The notes: generated by a model from the sequence alone, not told the origin. Counted from the stretch's first letter, positions 36,888 through 50,380 are shown. The stretch is 64,000 bases of DNA from Marsupella aquatica (GCA_973895155.1 OZ316893.1:3888490-3952489); one strand, 5' to 3'. Translations and numbers: made by a program.

Positions 36888-38311
36888 GTTGTCACGGCAT
36901 TCTTATATGGATCGTTGGATGAGGTGATTTACATGAGGCAACCAGAGGATTTTGTGCAAAAGCGCAAGGAAAATTTGGTATGTAGGTTGCTAAAATCCTT
37001 GTATGGATTAAAGCAAAGCCCAAGGCAGTGGAACAAGCGTTTTGATGAATTTTTGAAATCGCTTGGATTTGTGCGAAGTGTGTACGATCCATGTGTTTAC
37101 ATAAGGCGTGTGAACAACACAGGTTTTAAGCTTGTCATCCTTGTACTTTATGTGGATGACATGCTCATTGTAGCACAGGATAGGGGCGAAGTTGATAAGC
37201 TTAAGTCCCAACTCAGTTCTGAGTTTAAGATGAAGGATTTGGGCACAGCCAAGAGGATCCTAGGCATGGAGATTGTCAGGGATGTTAACAAAGCCAAACT
37301 TTGGCTGACGCAGAAAAGATATGTAGAGAAGGTAGTCTCAAAATTCAACATGACAGATGCTAAGGCTGTGAGTGTTCCTTTGGCAAGGCATTTCAATATT
37401 TCTGCAGCATTTTGTCCATTGGATGCGACAAAAAAAAGTTTGATGTCCAAAGTTCCTTATGAAAGTGCTGTGGGTAGTTTAATGTATCTCATGGTATGCA
37501 CCCGACCAGACATAGCTTATGCCGTTAGCAAGGTAAGCAGATACATGGCAAATCCAGGAAAAGTTCATTGGGAAGCAGTGAAATGGATTTTGCGCTACAT
37601 CAGAGGTTCCACTAAGAAGGGTTTATTGTTTGATGCAAGTTCAACCAATATGAAAGTGCTTCAAGGTTATGTGGATGCAGACTACGCAGGTGATCTAGAT
37701 AAGAGAAGATCGACAACTGGATATGTATTTACACTTGTTGGTGGATGCATTAGTTGGAAGTCTACTCTCCAAAAGTGTGTTGCAAAGTCTACTATGGATG
37801 TCGAGTATGTAGCAGCAGCAGAAGCAGCATCAGAGACCATTTGGTTGAAAAAGCTTGTCACGGAGATGGGTTTATCACAGGAGTGTGTATATCTTCATTG
37901 TGACAGTCAAAGTACAATTTACACTGCCAAGAATCAGATGATGGATGGCAGGGTAAAGCACATTTATGTCCGCTATCATTTCATCCGACAGGCATTATCG
38001 GATGATGAATTTGAGCTTGTCAAGATTGATGGAAAGCTTAATCCAGCGGATGCTTTTACCAAAGTATTAGACTCCAATAGTTTTTCAAGGCATTGTAATT
38101 ATTTACAAATATTGTAAATATAGAGTTAACCAAGAAAATGTCTCTATATGAGTACTCCATCCGATGGCTTATCGGCTACGGCTTAGTTCTAGTTAACCCT
38201 TGCATTAGGGGGAGGGTCTTTTGGCCCTACTGTCTTGAACTTCCCGTGGAGGAACTTGTAAGGAAAAGACAATGTTATGAACCCTCCCAAGACGTGAGTC
38301 AAGGGGGAGTT

Positions 38312-38634
38312 TGTAGAGGTTAACTCAGTCTTGGGTTGAACTATGGTTAGTATGTTAACTAGGGTTAGAGTAAACCCTAGTTGAAGAGTTGGTCCTTATC
38401 TCTTCAACTTCTATGTGGTGTGAGAACACACAAGAGAGTTCTCAAGAGAAAACACAGTGATATAGCAAGAGATGAGAGCTTGAAGAGAAGAGAGCTATGG
38501 TGATGCTTGAGTAGACACATAACCGTTAATAAAGCTTGGTCTTCCCGTGGACGTAGCCAACCTTGAGGCGAACCACGTAACTATTGAGCACATGTATGTT
38601 TGGAGTGTTTTTCCTGATCTGATTTCTCCCCACA
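38312..38634 (+). repeat. 3' LTR of the Copia element
   Basis: Near-identical to 30494-30816 and followed by the TSD GTCCC. Confidence 0.95.
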
Positions 38635-40379
38635 GTCCCGGCCAACATCAGGCCAACCCACTGGTGAGCAGGTGGTTGCCACGGTTGTGGGCAACCAGAG
38701 AGAGGAGGGGTCTTGTGTTCCTGGACCTGTACCACCCCCTCGTTCTCGCCCGAAGAAGAAGAAGGGACGCAACACACCTTTTTAGAGCTTAGTGGCATGA
38801 GCTAGATATGTAGTGCATGGTAGCTTTTATACTAGCATATCTATGTACCATCTAGTATAGTAAGCTACCTAGGCTACTACATATTGTACATACCAGGGGG
38901 TTTCCCTTTTTGAATATGACATTTTGAGCTTGTACATATAACATTCTTTGCATCAATCATAATTTAACCCAATTTGGCCCATTTCACCATGAAACTAACC
39001 CTAAACCCACAAATACCAACCCCATGAGGCCCACTCTTCTATCAAGAAAGAATCACCCTTGTCCGTTACTAGTCCAATGCAATATACATCGGAAAAACAC
39101 CTAATTATCCCATGCTTTCAGTATCGGGACATCCAATACTCTGCTCTTCGAAAAATCCTATACTAAACGCATCGGACCCCTCGTCCAACAAGCATGACAA
39201 AAATCCAATGTCTGATACCGACCACTTCGGACCATCCAATATAAAAACAATTGGATTGTCCAATACATGCAACATTGGACCTTCCGATCTGTAATCCAAC
39301 GGATGCTGCGATACTAAACGCATCGGAAACTCCGATGCTATAAATTACGCATATTGCGAAGCTCTAGGTAACGGAAATTCCAAAATTCCAATATGTATCG
39401 GACGCCAAGTTTTGCGATTAAGGTCACCCAAGTGGATATCCGACTCTCTTTGCATCGGATACAAAATAGTCTGAAATGGTTTGCTTCGGAAATACCGATG
39501 TAGAGAGAAACGGAAAGTCCGAAGGTTGTCCGATGGTCGGTGTCCGATATGTGGAGAATGGGAACATACGAAGCGGGTTACATCGGAAGTACCAAATTTA
39601 GTGTGCAACTTTCGTGAAGGGATCCGATGGAGATGGCATCGGATAAAGGCCTGAAAATGTACTAGTGACAAGAGAGGGACAGCAACGAGTGAGGACTGTC
39701 GTGCTAGGTCGACTTGCCCTCACCGTCTCTGTGCCTAGACCAGATCAACCCCCGTGACCCTCATCCCTCCCCCATCGGCCGTGACCCTGCCCTGACCCAT
39801 TGACCCGGCCCATTGATCCCTTGCATTTTGGAACTAGCTGTAGCCCGAGTAGCCCGACTCCTGTAGCTTCCAAGCAAACGTTTAACCCCAACTCCGGAGA
39901 CAACTCCCTCCCTCGCCTGGACCCAAGATCCCGGGATGGGATGAGACTTGAGACATGTGACACAAGACCCTGGGGTCCCATCCCCTGGAGCCCTAACTTA
40001 ACTCCTTGCCTTTGTTCTGACTTCGAGCCCTCGGTTGCCATTATCTCTTGCCACTCGGTTGAGCACTCAAGGATGCAAGGGGTCAAAGAAAAGTGTTGTT
40101 GAAAAGTTGGCCAAGCTATGTTGTTGCCCCAAGGGGTCTCAACATTGGGGCGACGTACCAAAGCCAAGTAAGCAAACACGGCTTTAGGGACAAGAGGCAA
40201 AACTATTGGAAGCAAAGGAACATCGCCAAGGTTGGGTGTGTGAGAGGATGGGGCCCTTATAGGATGTATGCATCCTTAACGGACAATAGGCTCCTTCTAA
40301 TTTCTCATGTCTCTTGCGATGGTGTGGCCCTACTCACTATACCCATGACAACACAATATCTATTTACTTGATGAAAGCT

Positions 40380-40930
40380 TTTTACTTCATGACATATGTC
40401 ACATAACAACATCTTGGACAACATAACCTTTTATTTCTTAACGACATCTTGGGCAACACGACATCTTTTTCTTCACAACATGTTGGGCGACCTGACATAT
40501 TGTCTCTTAACGACATCTTGGGTGACACAACATCTTTTTTCTTCATGACATCTTGGATGGGCTCCTGCTAATATCTCATACAATCTCTTGTGATGGTGTG
40601 GCCCGACGTGAAGTACCCGTCAATACCTGTGATGACGCAACATCTAGTTATTTGACAAAGCATTTTACTTCACAACATATTTCACATAACAACATCTTGG
40701 GCAAAATGACATCGTTTTTCTTCACGGCATGTTGGGCGTCTCGAATATTTTTTTCTTAACGACATCTTGGGCCAACACTACATATTTTATTCATGACATA
40801 TTGGGTGGCACAGTCAACATCTTTTTTCAACATAACATTTTGGGCCACACATCTTTTTTCTTAAGGACATCTTGGGTGATAAGACTGTATCTTTTTTCTT
40901 CACAACATCTTGGGCAAACCGACATCTTAT
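40380..40930. repeat. Degenerate minisatellite of ACATCTTGGG...ACATCTTTTT units (~33-35 bp)
   Basis: Repeated (g/a)acatcttgggc and acatcttttt motifs. Confidence 0.7.
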
Positions 40931-43539
40931 AGGTGAATTGAGTGTTTGATCCCCCTAACTTAAAGGTGAATTGATTTTTACAGCACTCTTTCATTCTTTA
41001 AAATTTGCCATATTTTACTTAAAAACCACAAAAATATATTAAGAAATTAGTTTTACAATTATATAGACCTATTTGTCCTTGAAAACTGACCAATCAATAA
41101 AACATGTCATATTTTTTCTTTCACAAAACTTTGAAAGTCTTCCGCCACACCGATTTAAATAGGCATGTACTTCCTTGCACATGATATGGAATTTTTGTGG
41201 AAGAAATTAGGCGGATCTTAATCCATTTTTGAGAATTAATTATAAGAATCATAGGGTTTTACCAAATGTGAAAATATACCAAGCATATATCATTAAGTTA
41301 CGGGTAATAAGATTACTTTTAAAAACTCTATTTAACTATATTTATGGATGGGGTTTATTCCCTCAAAACTTTGTGAGGGATATGGGACAACACTTGGATT
41401 GAAGTCCCAGGGGTGAAACCCCAATAAATTTTTGAAGTTGGGAGGGATTGACCCAGACCATCAAAATTTGCTCAAGTAGAACTTGTCATAGTTTTGATTA
41501 AAATGTGACCTGCAAATGGGTCTCTAACCCTTCGCAGCAGGTCTCCACTACTTAAATACACAGTGGTAAGTTATTGCACATACACAACCCATTTGTGGCG
41601 TTCTTCACAAAAGTGAAGCCTTCTTCCCCAAAGTGGTAGGTCGTTGTTATTGCCCAAAGCACTCAGGACATCATTCTCAAAAATGTCATTCTCAAAAGTG
41701 GTATGTAATTTGTTGTGCTGTTTGGTATTCATGCCCAAACTAGTCATGGCATCCTTCACAAAAGTGAATTGTCCTTTGTAACTATGGCTTAACATATAGC
41801 AATGTAGTAGTTTTTTTTCATATACATAGCAACTGTCTTCGGTGTTCTAATGGTGGCTTTACAAGAAGTTGGGGACAATTTCAAAATTTGGGGGGTGTCC
41901 AAAAATTGATTTGGGCCATTCATTGGGGAAATACAACTGCTGTTCACTTCACAAAGCGTTGCGTAGCAGCTTCCTTGTAAAATGTATATGTACCTCCTAT
42001 GTCCAGACCCCCTCTTGGTACCCCTTATTGATAATTTGTATTAATAAAAAATTTGCTTGTTTATGGAAAAATGATAATTTTGACAGTATTTTAGATCCTT
42101 TTAGAGTATTATAAAATGTCCATTTGAAGCATTGTAAAATTTATGCATTATTAGTTACATTTTTCTACAAGTCAAAAACAAATATACATTCATTGAAGAT
42201 AATGCTTGCAGCTGAGTTTGCTGCGTTTTATTAATTATCCTCTTTGAGAAGAAGAATATTTATCTTTATATGCATACTTGGCAACATGAATGATGAGAAG
42301 AGGAATATCCTTTATATATGCCTATTTTGCAGCACATGTACCAATTATATGTTGACACTTGGCCAACTAATATGATGATGCATTTCACTACCTTTTAGGG
42401 TCCCTTTCTAGAAATCTAATGTAAACCAAATATTCAATACACTACAATATTTACATGTCATGTTTACCATTAATTAGTTTGATGACCCCTTGACTATATA
42501 AGTTTGATGTTATTCAACAAGTTGGAGCCATCATGAAGAGTTGCATATTGGAATAGGTTTGAATATGGAGATGAGAGGACAAATATAAATTACTAGATTA
42601 TTTGTGGTAAAAACTCATGCAAAATATCATCTTAGTACTAATATATGTAAATATACTCCATGTAACATTCCATCGACTCAGTCCATGCACAATGTTATCG
42701 TACTTCAAGAGTTTCTTGTGTTCCCTTGGTATTCCTCTATCCATAGTAGTCAAAGAGTACATTTTTTACTGTCCCTTGGTATTTCCTTGTTTGTCGTATG
42801 CTAACAAAAGCAAATATAAGAATATATATGCTAAAAACTCGGTGTTTGTTCCCGTGGAAGAACAAGAATGGGATGATAAGATATTTTAAAGTGTTTTGAG
42901 TGATTTAGAGATGGTACTCAACATCTTGAAGAAAAATAAAATCTTAAATAAAACACAGACAATTAATAAAATATGAACAAAAGTGACATTTGGCGAATAA
43001 TAGAATCTTAGAGCTTTTAGAGGTATAGTCTAGCAATCTTTGACTCCGTCACCATGTCTTAAGAAAGAGTTATGGCATTGTTAAATAAGACGTTGATAAG
43101 TAAAACATAACCTTGCTACAACTGCTCTCTAGGTTTCTATCATAAATCTAAGTTTAATAAATGTCTATGCTCACAAATCCAAGATAAGTTTCAGATTGTT
43201 CGTATAGTAGTGTGTCATGAAAATGCCGGCTACATGTTTCCTTCTTCAGCGATGCGCAATTCCAAAGGAAAACTAATGCACATTCAGTATACCACAATGA
43301 TACTTCAAATTCGTGATTTAAGAATGTCGCTACTTCTTAACATATAGATTCCTCTTTTGTAATTACATGCAATACTTATCTTCCAAAGATAGTCTTTCAT
43401 GTAAAATATAGAAATTGACAACAAATGTTGTAGTTTGAATTAGGCACCGACCAATGGATCTTCCAATACAAACAACAAGTTATATTTTTATGGGTTTGAC
43501 TTCTTACGGCAATTGCAACATGCATTACCATACGAAGGA

Positions 43540-45340
43540 GGGGTAGACTCCTAGCACAAGTAATCAAATTTCAAGGTATACAAATCTTCCTTGCAAAAAT
43601 TGCATTACAAGTACAAGGGACAAACTCCAAGTTGAGGAGATGCAAATAACTATTACAATAAGTACATAAAATTGCCCACTGGCTAAGGAGAATGTTGAGA
43701 CTGTATGCCTCTTCATTTCCTAAGTCTAAACTAAGTGAAATGAAAGTCAACTTTGACTAAGGGGTAGTTAAGTAGTCAAAACTAGAATAAGCTAAGTAAA
43801 AAGTCTACAAAATAAAGTACTAATCTCATAGTGTAATAGGAGGGGAGTCAACTACAAGTAAAGGAAGGCGAGCTACAAAACCAAGGGCTATCGATCTTCC
43901 CTTTGGCCAGGTTCTGTCCCTTCAAATATTGTTGACAAAAAAGGTCCTTACGATAACGAATAAGTCATGGCTTATTGGTCTTTCGGATGGGATGTCCATC
44001 CAGTCCGATCCAAAATAAATAATCTGATGGCCATGGAATGTCTAGGGTTGGAAGAGGGAAAGGTGCAATGACCTTTCTACAATGATAAATTAACCCAACT
44101 CCACAAGCTAGTCAGGAGTTTCAATCTCTAGCAGTTGCAGCTTGTCGATAGGAAGCCACAGAATACCACGAGAAACTGGAACCATGTCGTAGGTATGTGG
44201 AAAAGGAAAAGACTCATGTCCAAACATAGGTCCAGGAGGTACTTAGGGAGGTGCAAGAGGAACACGTCCGTTAATGAGTGACATGATCATCCTAGCACAC
44301 TCAGAGGGAAAAACAAAAAGTGGCTCAATATCGACAATAGAAGAGATAATAGAAGACTGAGACATCAAGGGTGTAGGAGCTATAAATGGTACACTAGGAG
44401 GCTCTATAGTTTCAGGCTTAGGCTCAGGACTAGGCTCGGAAATGGGTTCATTTTCTTCCCCGGTAGTAGAAGGAAATGAAACATTAGAGAGTGGTAGGGT
44501 GGTATCCTCGATGGGAGAGGATGGAACTGGAGTGGGTACTGGTGAAGGGAGTAAAGGCTCAAGGGTAGGAGATGGAGGGTGCTCGAGTGTAAATATAGGA
44601 AGGATAGGTGAATCAATAATGGGAGAAGGGATGGGATCGGGTAAAGGGGGTGTAGGTGTGGATGGAAGAGGGAGTGAAGGGTCAACAATAGGTACCTCCA
44701 GCTCATCCACATTCATAGGGCGGTAAGGCCGCAGTGAAGGTGCAGGGGGTGAAACATGAGGAAGTGGGGGTGGAACGAGACTCGGAAATCAAAGCACGAA
44801 TGCAGTCAAATAACTACATAGGAGTACAACTCAAAAGTCTAGTGGCCTCATCAACTAAATGCTGGTTGAAACCAGCCACACTAGCTAGTCGTTTGGCATT
44901 ACCAACAAAATCAGTCCACCTTGTGTAAGAGGTGGAAGCAACAAAAGAGGGAGAGGTCATCCCTAGTAGGTCTGGTGCTATAGTCTGCTCCAATGGAGGG
45001 GGTCTCGGTGATGTCGTGGGCAGTGGAGTCAACTCTCTTGCTAACTCTAGCTAAGGAAGCTCAAAGTGCCTCACTCTCCTCCTTCAATTGCTCAACTCCA
45101 CTGGTAACAAGCAGCCTCTCAAAAAGTAAATGTGCGCCAAATAGGGTGTCAAATAAGTATCACTGGTAATAGTCACAACAGCCACTTGCTTGGTGATCAC
45201 CTCTGAAAGAGCTAGGGCCCAGTTGATCCTCCTCTTGCCGGTCCATGAAATGATGATGGAGCTCGCCAAGTAAACCATACTTAGCCCTGGTGGGTTTGGT
45301 CGGATGAAAGATAGCTACAAGGAATTAGAGTAAATGAGCT
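43540..45340 (-). mobile_element. Degraded retroelement-like fragment carrying an accessory ORF (INWA...YLTPYLAHIY block followed by a Pro-rich region)
   Basis: ORF fragments 45084-45278, 44814-45032 and 44243-44716 lie on the same strand, separated by stops. Their style resembles accessory ORFs of plant Gypsy elements. The assignment is inference. Confidence 0.4.
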
Positions 45341-46166
45341 AACTCCCGGTTCCTACACGGAGGCCGTCCAAGACGTCCTTGCATTTCTGCTCAGCCGTCG
45401 CAGGAGTCGTCGGGCAATCTTTAGGTGAAAAAGGTGGTCGTCCTGGACGTCCCTCACACAGGGCCGTCCAAGCCGGCGCTGTTGCCATCCCGACCATCTT
45501 TACCTCAAGGCCGTCCCTCAATTTTTGAAAATGGCCTTATCTTGCTGCCATCTTGACGTCTTGCCAATGGGTATCCAAGCCGTCCCATCTTCTAAGTCGT
45601 CTTAACTTGGAATAACTATCTTAAGAGGCCTTATAAATTTTAAAATTTTAAAAATTTCATGATTTCCGATACTTTAACTTGTTTTTAGAGATAATCACCA
45701 TTTCACATTGTCCATAGTAGCCTAAGGGTTTCTTATTGTCCCTTGGTATTCCTGTGTAGAGTAGCTCAAAAGTCTCTTTCTACCATGGATGGTTAAAAAA
45801 CATTTGCCGATAAAATAGAGAACTCAATCAATTTCCTGGAAAACACTGATTTATCAATCATGACCCCATCCCAAGGGTTTTTTTGTTTTACTTATTTCTC
45901 TGTTTATTTGAAGTGTTACCTTTTCACTTTTCAAGCCATTGTTTTTTCCCTATTGGGGTTTAAATGTTTTTCTTTTGTCTTGTCTCGAACACAAATGGTG
46001 ATGTTTGCTTATTCTTGGATAACTAATTATTCTGTTTGTAATTAATAATGCTCATGTGGTTGCACTTGCTTCCACAGATTTTGGAGGAGCCTCCTGGCTG
46101 AGCTTCCCATGGGGCTGTAAATAGAGGTTGCATAGTTATAAATGATTTCTAAAAATTATTACCAAA

Positions 46167-46810
46167 TCTTACTTATAAAGCGCCAAGGGCAAGCTAGGGT
46201 GTAGGCTCCTAGAGTGAAGCCTCTAGACAAGACTCTAGGGCCCAACCAAAGTATATGTGCACCGTGACTCTAGGCCCCACCAAAGTATATTTGCATGCAA
46301 AGGAGATGTACATAGACATGATGATATATTATGTATGATTGTTTTTTATCATCTTACTTATAAAGCGCCAACTAAAAGCTAGAGTTGGGGCTTAGGCTTC
46401 TACAGTGAAGCCTCTAGACCATAACTCCATAGTTCATCATGTGGATGGGAAAACTCATAACTATATATGATGTATGTTAAATGATATGCATGCATGTTTT
46501 TTGTCATGATTTCTATCTATATTACAAAATGAGCTCTATGGCCTCACCATAACATGTATCTCATAGAAAGAGGGATGTGAATAGAAAAGAGTATGGTATG
46601 TTATGTATGATTATTAAAATGATGAAAACCTTCAAAAAAGGTGAAGAAAGAATGTATTTTGGTGACATTTTTATTTCTATTCACATTCAAATAACGGGTA
46701 GTAGGGGCTAGTTTCATTAATATTTAAAGAATGAGGATAGAGAATACATTTTGTTAGATTTTATTGTGCTCTTTTCTATTCACATTCAAAAAACCAGTAG
46801 TCTGGGCTAG
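46167..46810 (+). mobile_element. Possible non-autonomous Helitron fragments with duplicated 5' and 3' ends
   Basis: A|TCTTACTTATAAAGCGCCAA occurs at 46167 and 46352. ttctattcacattcaaa...GGGCTAG|T occurs twice (~46711 and 46810), the second preceded by a short ccag-tagt-ctgg hairpin. Confidence 0.35.
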
Positions 46811-46864
46811 TAAATAAAAATGACCTTTGAATTTTAGTCATGTCTGATTAGTATTACCTACTTA

Positions 46865-47820
46865 AGAGTTGGGGCTGGAGCATCTCTCCTGGATAGCCTA
46901 TGGACTGAGATACTGATTGGAAATTAAGAATTGTTAAATGGTGAGATGTTTGCTGACAAGGATAACTCTTGCAGAAGTGTTGAGGCTCAAGAGGGGGGAA
47001 CAAGGGCATTTTACATGCATGGTCAAAGTTGGTGCAAAGAAGGCTACGTGCTCTGCTGTTTTATTTCAAAAAGTTTTATTTTTTAAGGAGCTCCTCGATA
47101 GTTGTTCATGATGTTGTGTGATGGGAGGTGATGCTTGAACTACCTGGCCCTCTCTTACAACGATTGCGGGTTGATTTGACCATGATGGACCGTGATGGTC
47201 AACGTACTTTGGCGGATGTTATGGTACGTAGCAAACCATTTGCATCCGGATTGAGTTAGCTGTAACAACGGCAGGGGGAGCGGCATCCTGTGCGGCCTTG
47301 ACAAAGGAGGCAAAATATGCCACTCAAGCTTCATCTGATACCTTTGTCCCCCTTGCTATTGAGCTCTTTGGGCATCTTGGGCTTCTTTGACAGGCTGCCC
47401 GTGATATTCATGGGCAGATGGGTCCTTCCAGACCCCCACTATCCATCTTGACCACACACTTTCGTTAGCACATTTCAGTGGCCTTACACCGTGCCCAAGC
47501 TCAAGCCATTTATTGTCAATCACTCAAAGTACTTGGGCGCCACTGTGCCCTTGCAAATGGTAGCCCCCCTAGAGTACATTCTTGTCCCACTTGCTGGTTT
47601 GGTTAGGACATTGGATGTGACCCATTAGCTCTTGTCACATATTCCAATGTAGACACTAGTCATTGAGTTTGCACTCATGTAGTGTTTGACACTTTTCTAT
47701 TTTTATTTGTCATTTTTTAGGTTTACACACTTGTTTTTTTTCTGGTTAGGTGTTTGTCCTCTTTGGAACTATTTTTCTTTCCTTTCATTGTACTTTGGTT
47801 TCCTTGGAATTATACATTTT
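46865..47820 (+). mobile_element. Degenerate CRE-like RLE retrotransposon 3' fragment (second copy)
   Basis: It translates (with frameshifts) as RLRVDLTMMDRDGQRTLADVMV...AALTKEAKYA...DTFVPLAIELFGHLG...PLSILTTHFR*HISVALHRAQAQAI, colinear with the RLE domain at 2843-3796, followed by a T-rich 3'UTR. Boundaries are approximate. Confidence 0.75.
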
Positions 47821-50380
47821 GGTGTTTCTTTCTCTCCCAAAGACTTTAGCACTATTTACTGACCCCACTAGAGGTCCCTTCCAAAATTCCTGGCACCAAA
47901 GCGTGCCACGTCAACAACAACCGCAACAAACAAGACTGGTCAGGTTTGTGAATCAAACTTATAGTTTTCATTCGTGTTTGCATCAGTTTGTGTGTAAATT
48001 TTGGGATGCCATGCCCTAAAAAGAAATGTAAAAATTTAGAAATGCAAAGAGCAAGACCGGTAAAATTGTCACTATGTAACCGTTTTAGTTACGTATCCAA
48101 TTTTAAAAATTAAATTCAAAAAAGTATATATTTTTCATATAATAAACAATGACTAATTAATAACTAACTTGATAACTTCCTTGTTAAAGGGTAACTAGCA
48201 CATGGATTGAGATTTCTAACCTTTTGCAATGCAGACAAACTGCTAGCTATGGTCTGGTTTCAAATGGACTTGCCACGAATTGACTATTGACCCTCTTAGG
48301 TTGAGAATTTGGTTGCATGAGACAAAAAAGCCTGATTTTGACAACTGCTTCTAATTATCATGCTATCTACTTCTTGTCGCTTGGATGATCTTGTCGCTTG
48401 GATGATCCTGGATGACCCATCAGTTTCTCAAATATTTTTCAATAAATGCTCACTTTCTGAGGTGTCAAGAAATGTTTGGTGCAAGTCAGTTTGTATAATA
48501 GACCACCCCAAAACTTGGACTAAAAAATTTGGAGTCTTTTAATTAAAAAAATCTTGGTTCCTTTAATTAAAATTGGAACTGACTTGGAGTCTTTTTATTA
48601 AAACTTGGGCTAAAATTAAAAGACTTCAATTTTAATTAAAAGCCTGCGATAATAGTTGGCCCGGAGGTCGACACCCTTTAAAGCCCTGTCCATGACAAAA
48701 CCTGGTTACACCAGGTTTTTTTCTTCCTAAAATTGTGGAGCAAAGTCTCACCCTAGAGAGAGAAAAGTCTCACGCTAGAGAGAGAACTGTGAAACAATGA
48801 GGAAGAAGAGAGAACTGTGAAACAATGAGGTTGGACACTTCTACTTCTTCTTTTATATAGACAGTGGTGGTTTAAGACCAAAAGGAAAAAGCTGGCAACT
48901 GAATCAGGAATTCAGGATCCCAAGCTGTGGGTGAGAAATCAGCCCTTCACCACATTAATGTGACCATATGATTGTGTCAATAATTTACGTATTGCAAAAT
49001 TGCTCTTACACGAAGCGTGCTTCCGTTTCTGTCGGGATCAGTGATTCTTTGCTTTCGAAGTTTCCACTCTCATGATTCCGGAAAAGCAAAATATTTCGAG
49101 TGCAATTGATGACAAGAAATCGCTAACAAGGCAAAAGCGCTTTGTCGTGCGCAATGTTGAAAACTTGAAATCAGTTTTCTAATCTTGATTAATTTCGACT
49201 GTCGTGTATCATCACTCCCTTCTGTCATCGACGCTTTCTGCGTCGGATATGGTGGGAAAGCGAAAAGGACGCCATCAGCCATCTAGAAGCTTGCATGAAG
49301 TTTGAGTAGATTTGCTGGGAACGCGACAGGACACCAGCAGACCAGCTAGATTGCTAGAAGCTTGCATGAACTCTTAGTAGGGTCTTTCGTAATCCCACTG
49401 TAGCTATTATAGGCCGGTCTGCGCTGTCTCTGTGACAATTGACGGGCGCAATCTGCTGCAGAAGACTGGCATGCTGCGTGCAAGTTTTGCTTTTCACCGT
49501 AATAACATTATTCTCCTTCTTTTCGGTACTCGCGCAACCTATGCATATGGGCGATATGTTGGGAATGGGCACCGTACAATCGAGTGGTCACCTGAACCGT
49601 TACTTTCCCAAAGGATTCCAGAGTACACGCAACCGAAACCGCAAACAAACGTTAATTAAAGATTTCACGGAATTATATATAACCAGTGAATATATATATC
49701 AATTACAGATTGCACGGAAAAATGCTTCCAGTGAATATATATCACCCTGCCAAAAAGACAAAAAGACTGAGGACATGATCTCAAAGGAAAGGCAACATAA
49801 CCCAATAAAGGAAGGGAAAACACCTGGTTGTTGAGTGACGTACCCTACTGTAGCTCTACTTACCATTCGGGAAATCCATTTGAAAAATAGACTTGTCACT
49901 GATCAAGTCTTTTGTTGACTTTTTTAGGGACACTCGGGGCTTTATTCTTTGCTATTCCTGAGATTTTTACTTCTTGTCCCAGATTTTCCCTTGTTGTTCC
50001 TGTAAACCACCCCTGGTCATATATAGTGGGGGAAGTGTCCAAGATCTCCCCCCTTTTCCACATTTCATTCATTTCTAGCCTCTATGATGCCACTTTTCTC
50101 CCCTGTTTTAGGAATAAATTACTTTAAATGGTAGCTATGGTTCACTCCTAGCTTTTGAAGGGCAGGTGTGGTTTAATGGGTTGCTGCATGGGGGATTGTG
50201 TTGCCAGTTGAGCGTATTTTGTTTGTGACAATGGAATACATACAATGAGTACCACGGTCGCTTTAGGAGAACTGGGGGGCACTTCAGAAAAAATTATGGC
50301 CTCCAAAAATGTGTTTTCAGGGCCATCCATTGGGGTGAAACTGCTCCTATTCACTTTACAAAACATTGGGGGAACTTTTT

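Larger units (their letters stand above)
32553..38117 (+). pseudogene. pol: Copia pol (PR-INT-RT-RNase H) with several stops, split by the insertion at 34483-36887
   Basis: Motifs WILDSACSYHM, LWHARLGH, HSDVWGP, FIDDYSR, YTPEQNGVAER, FKARLVAKGF, QMDV|VTAFLYG, SLYGLKQSPRQW, LYVDDML, DADYAGDLDKRRSTTGY and NPADAFTK. In-frame stops at ~33384, 34235 and 34266. Confidence 0.92.
30494..38634 (+). mobile_element. Full-length Ty1/Copia (Tnt1/Tork-like) LTR retrotransposon
   Basis: 323-bp LTRs at 30494-30816 and 38312-38634 (TG...CA, 4 mismatches by eye). 5-bp TSD GTCCC at 30489-30493 and 38635-38639. PBS TGGTATCAGAGC (tRNA-iMet) at 30819-30830. PPT AAGGGGGAG before the 3'LTR. Confidence 0.97.
29466..39667 (+). 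mobile_element. CACTA (En/Spm) DNA transposon remnant (right half), interrupted by the Copia at 30494-38634
   Basis: The right end is ...AAAATGTACTAGTG at 39667 (reverse complement CACTAGTACA). It is preceded by ~600 bp of ATCGGA/TCCGAT subterminal repeats in both orientations. A low-complexity exon-like ORF reads through the Copia insertion site. The left TIR was not found. Confidence 0.6.
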
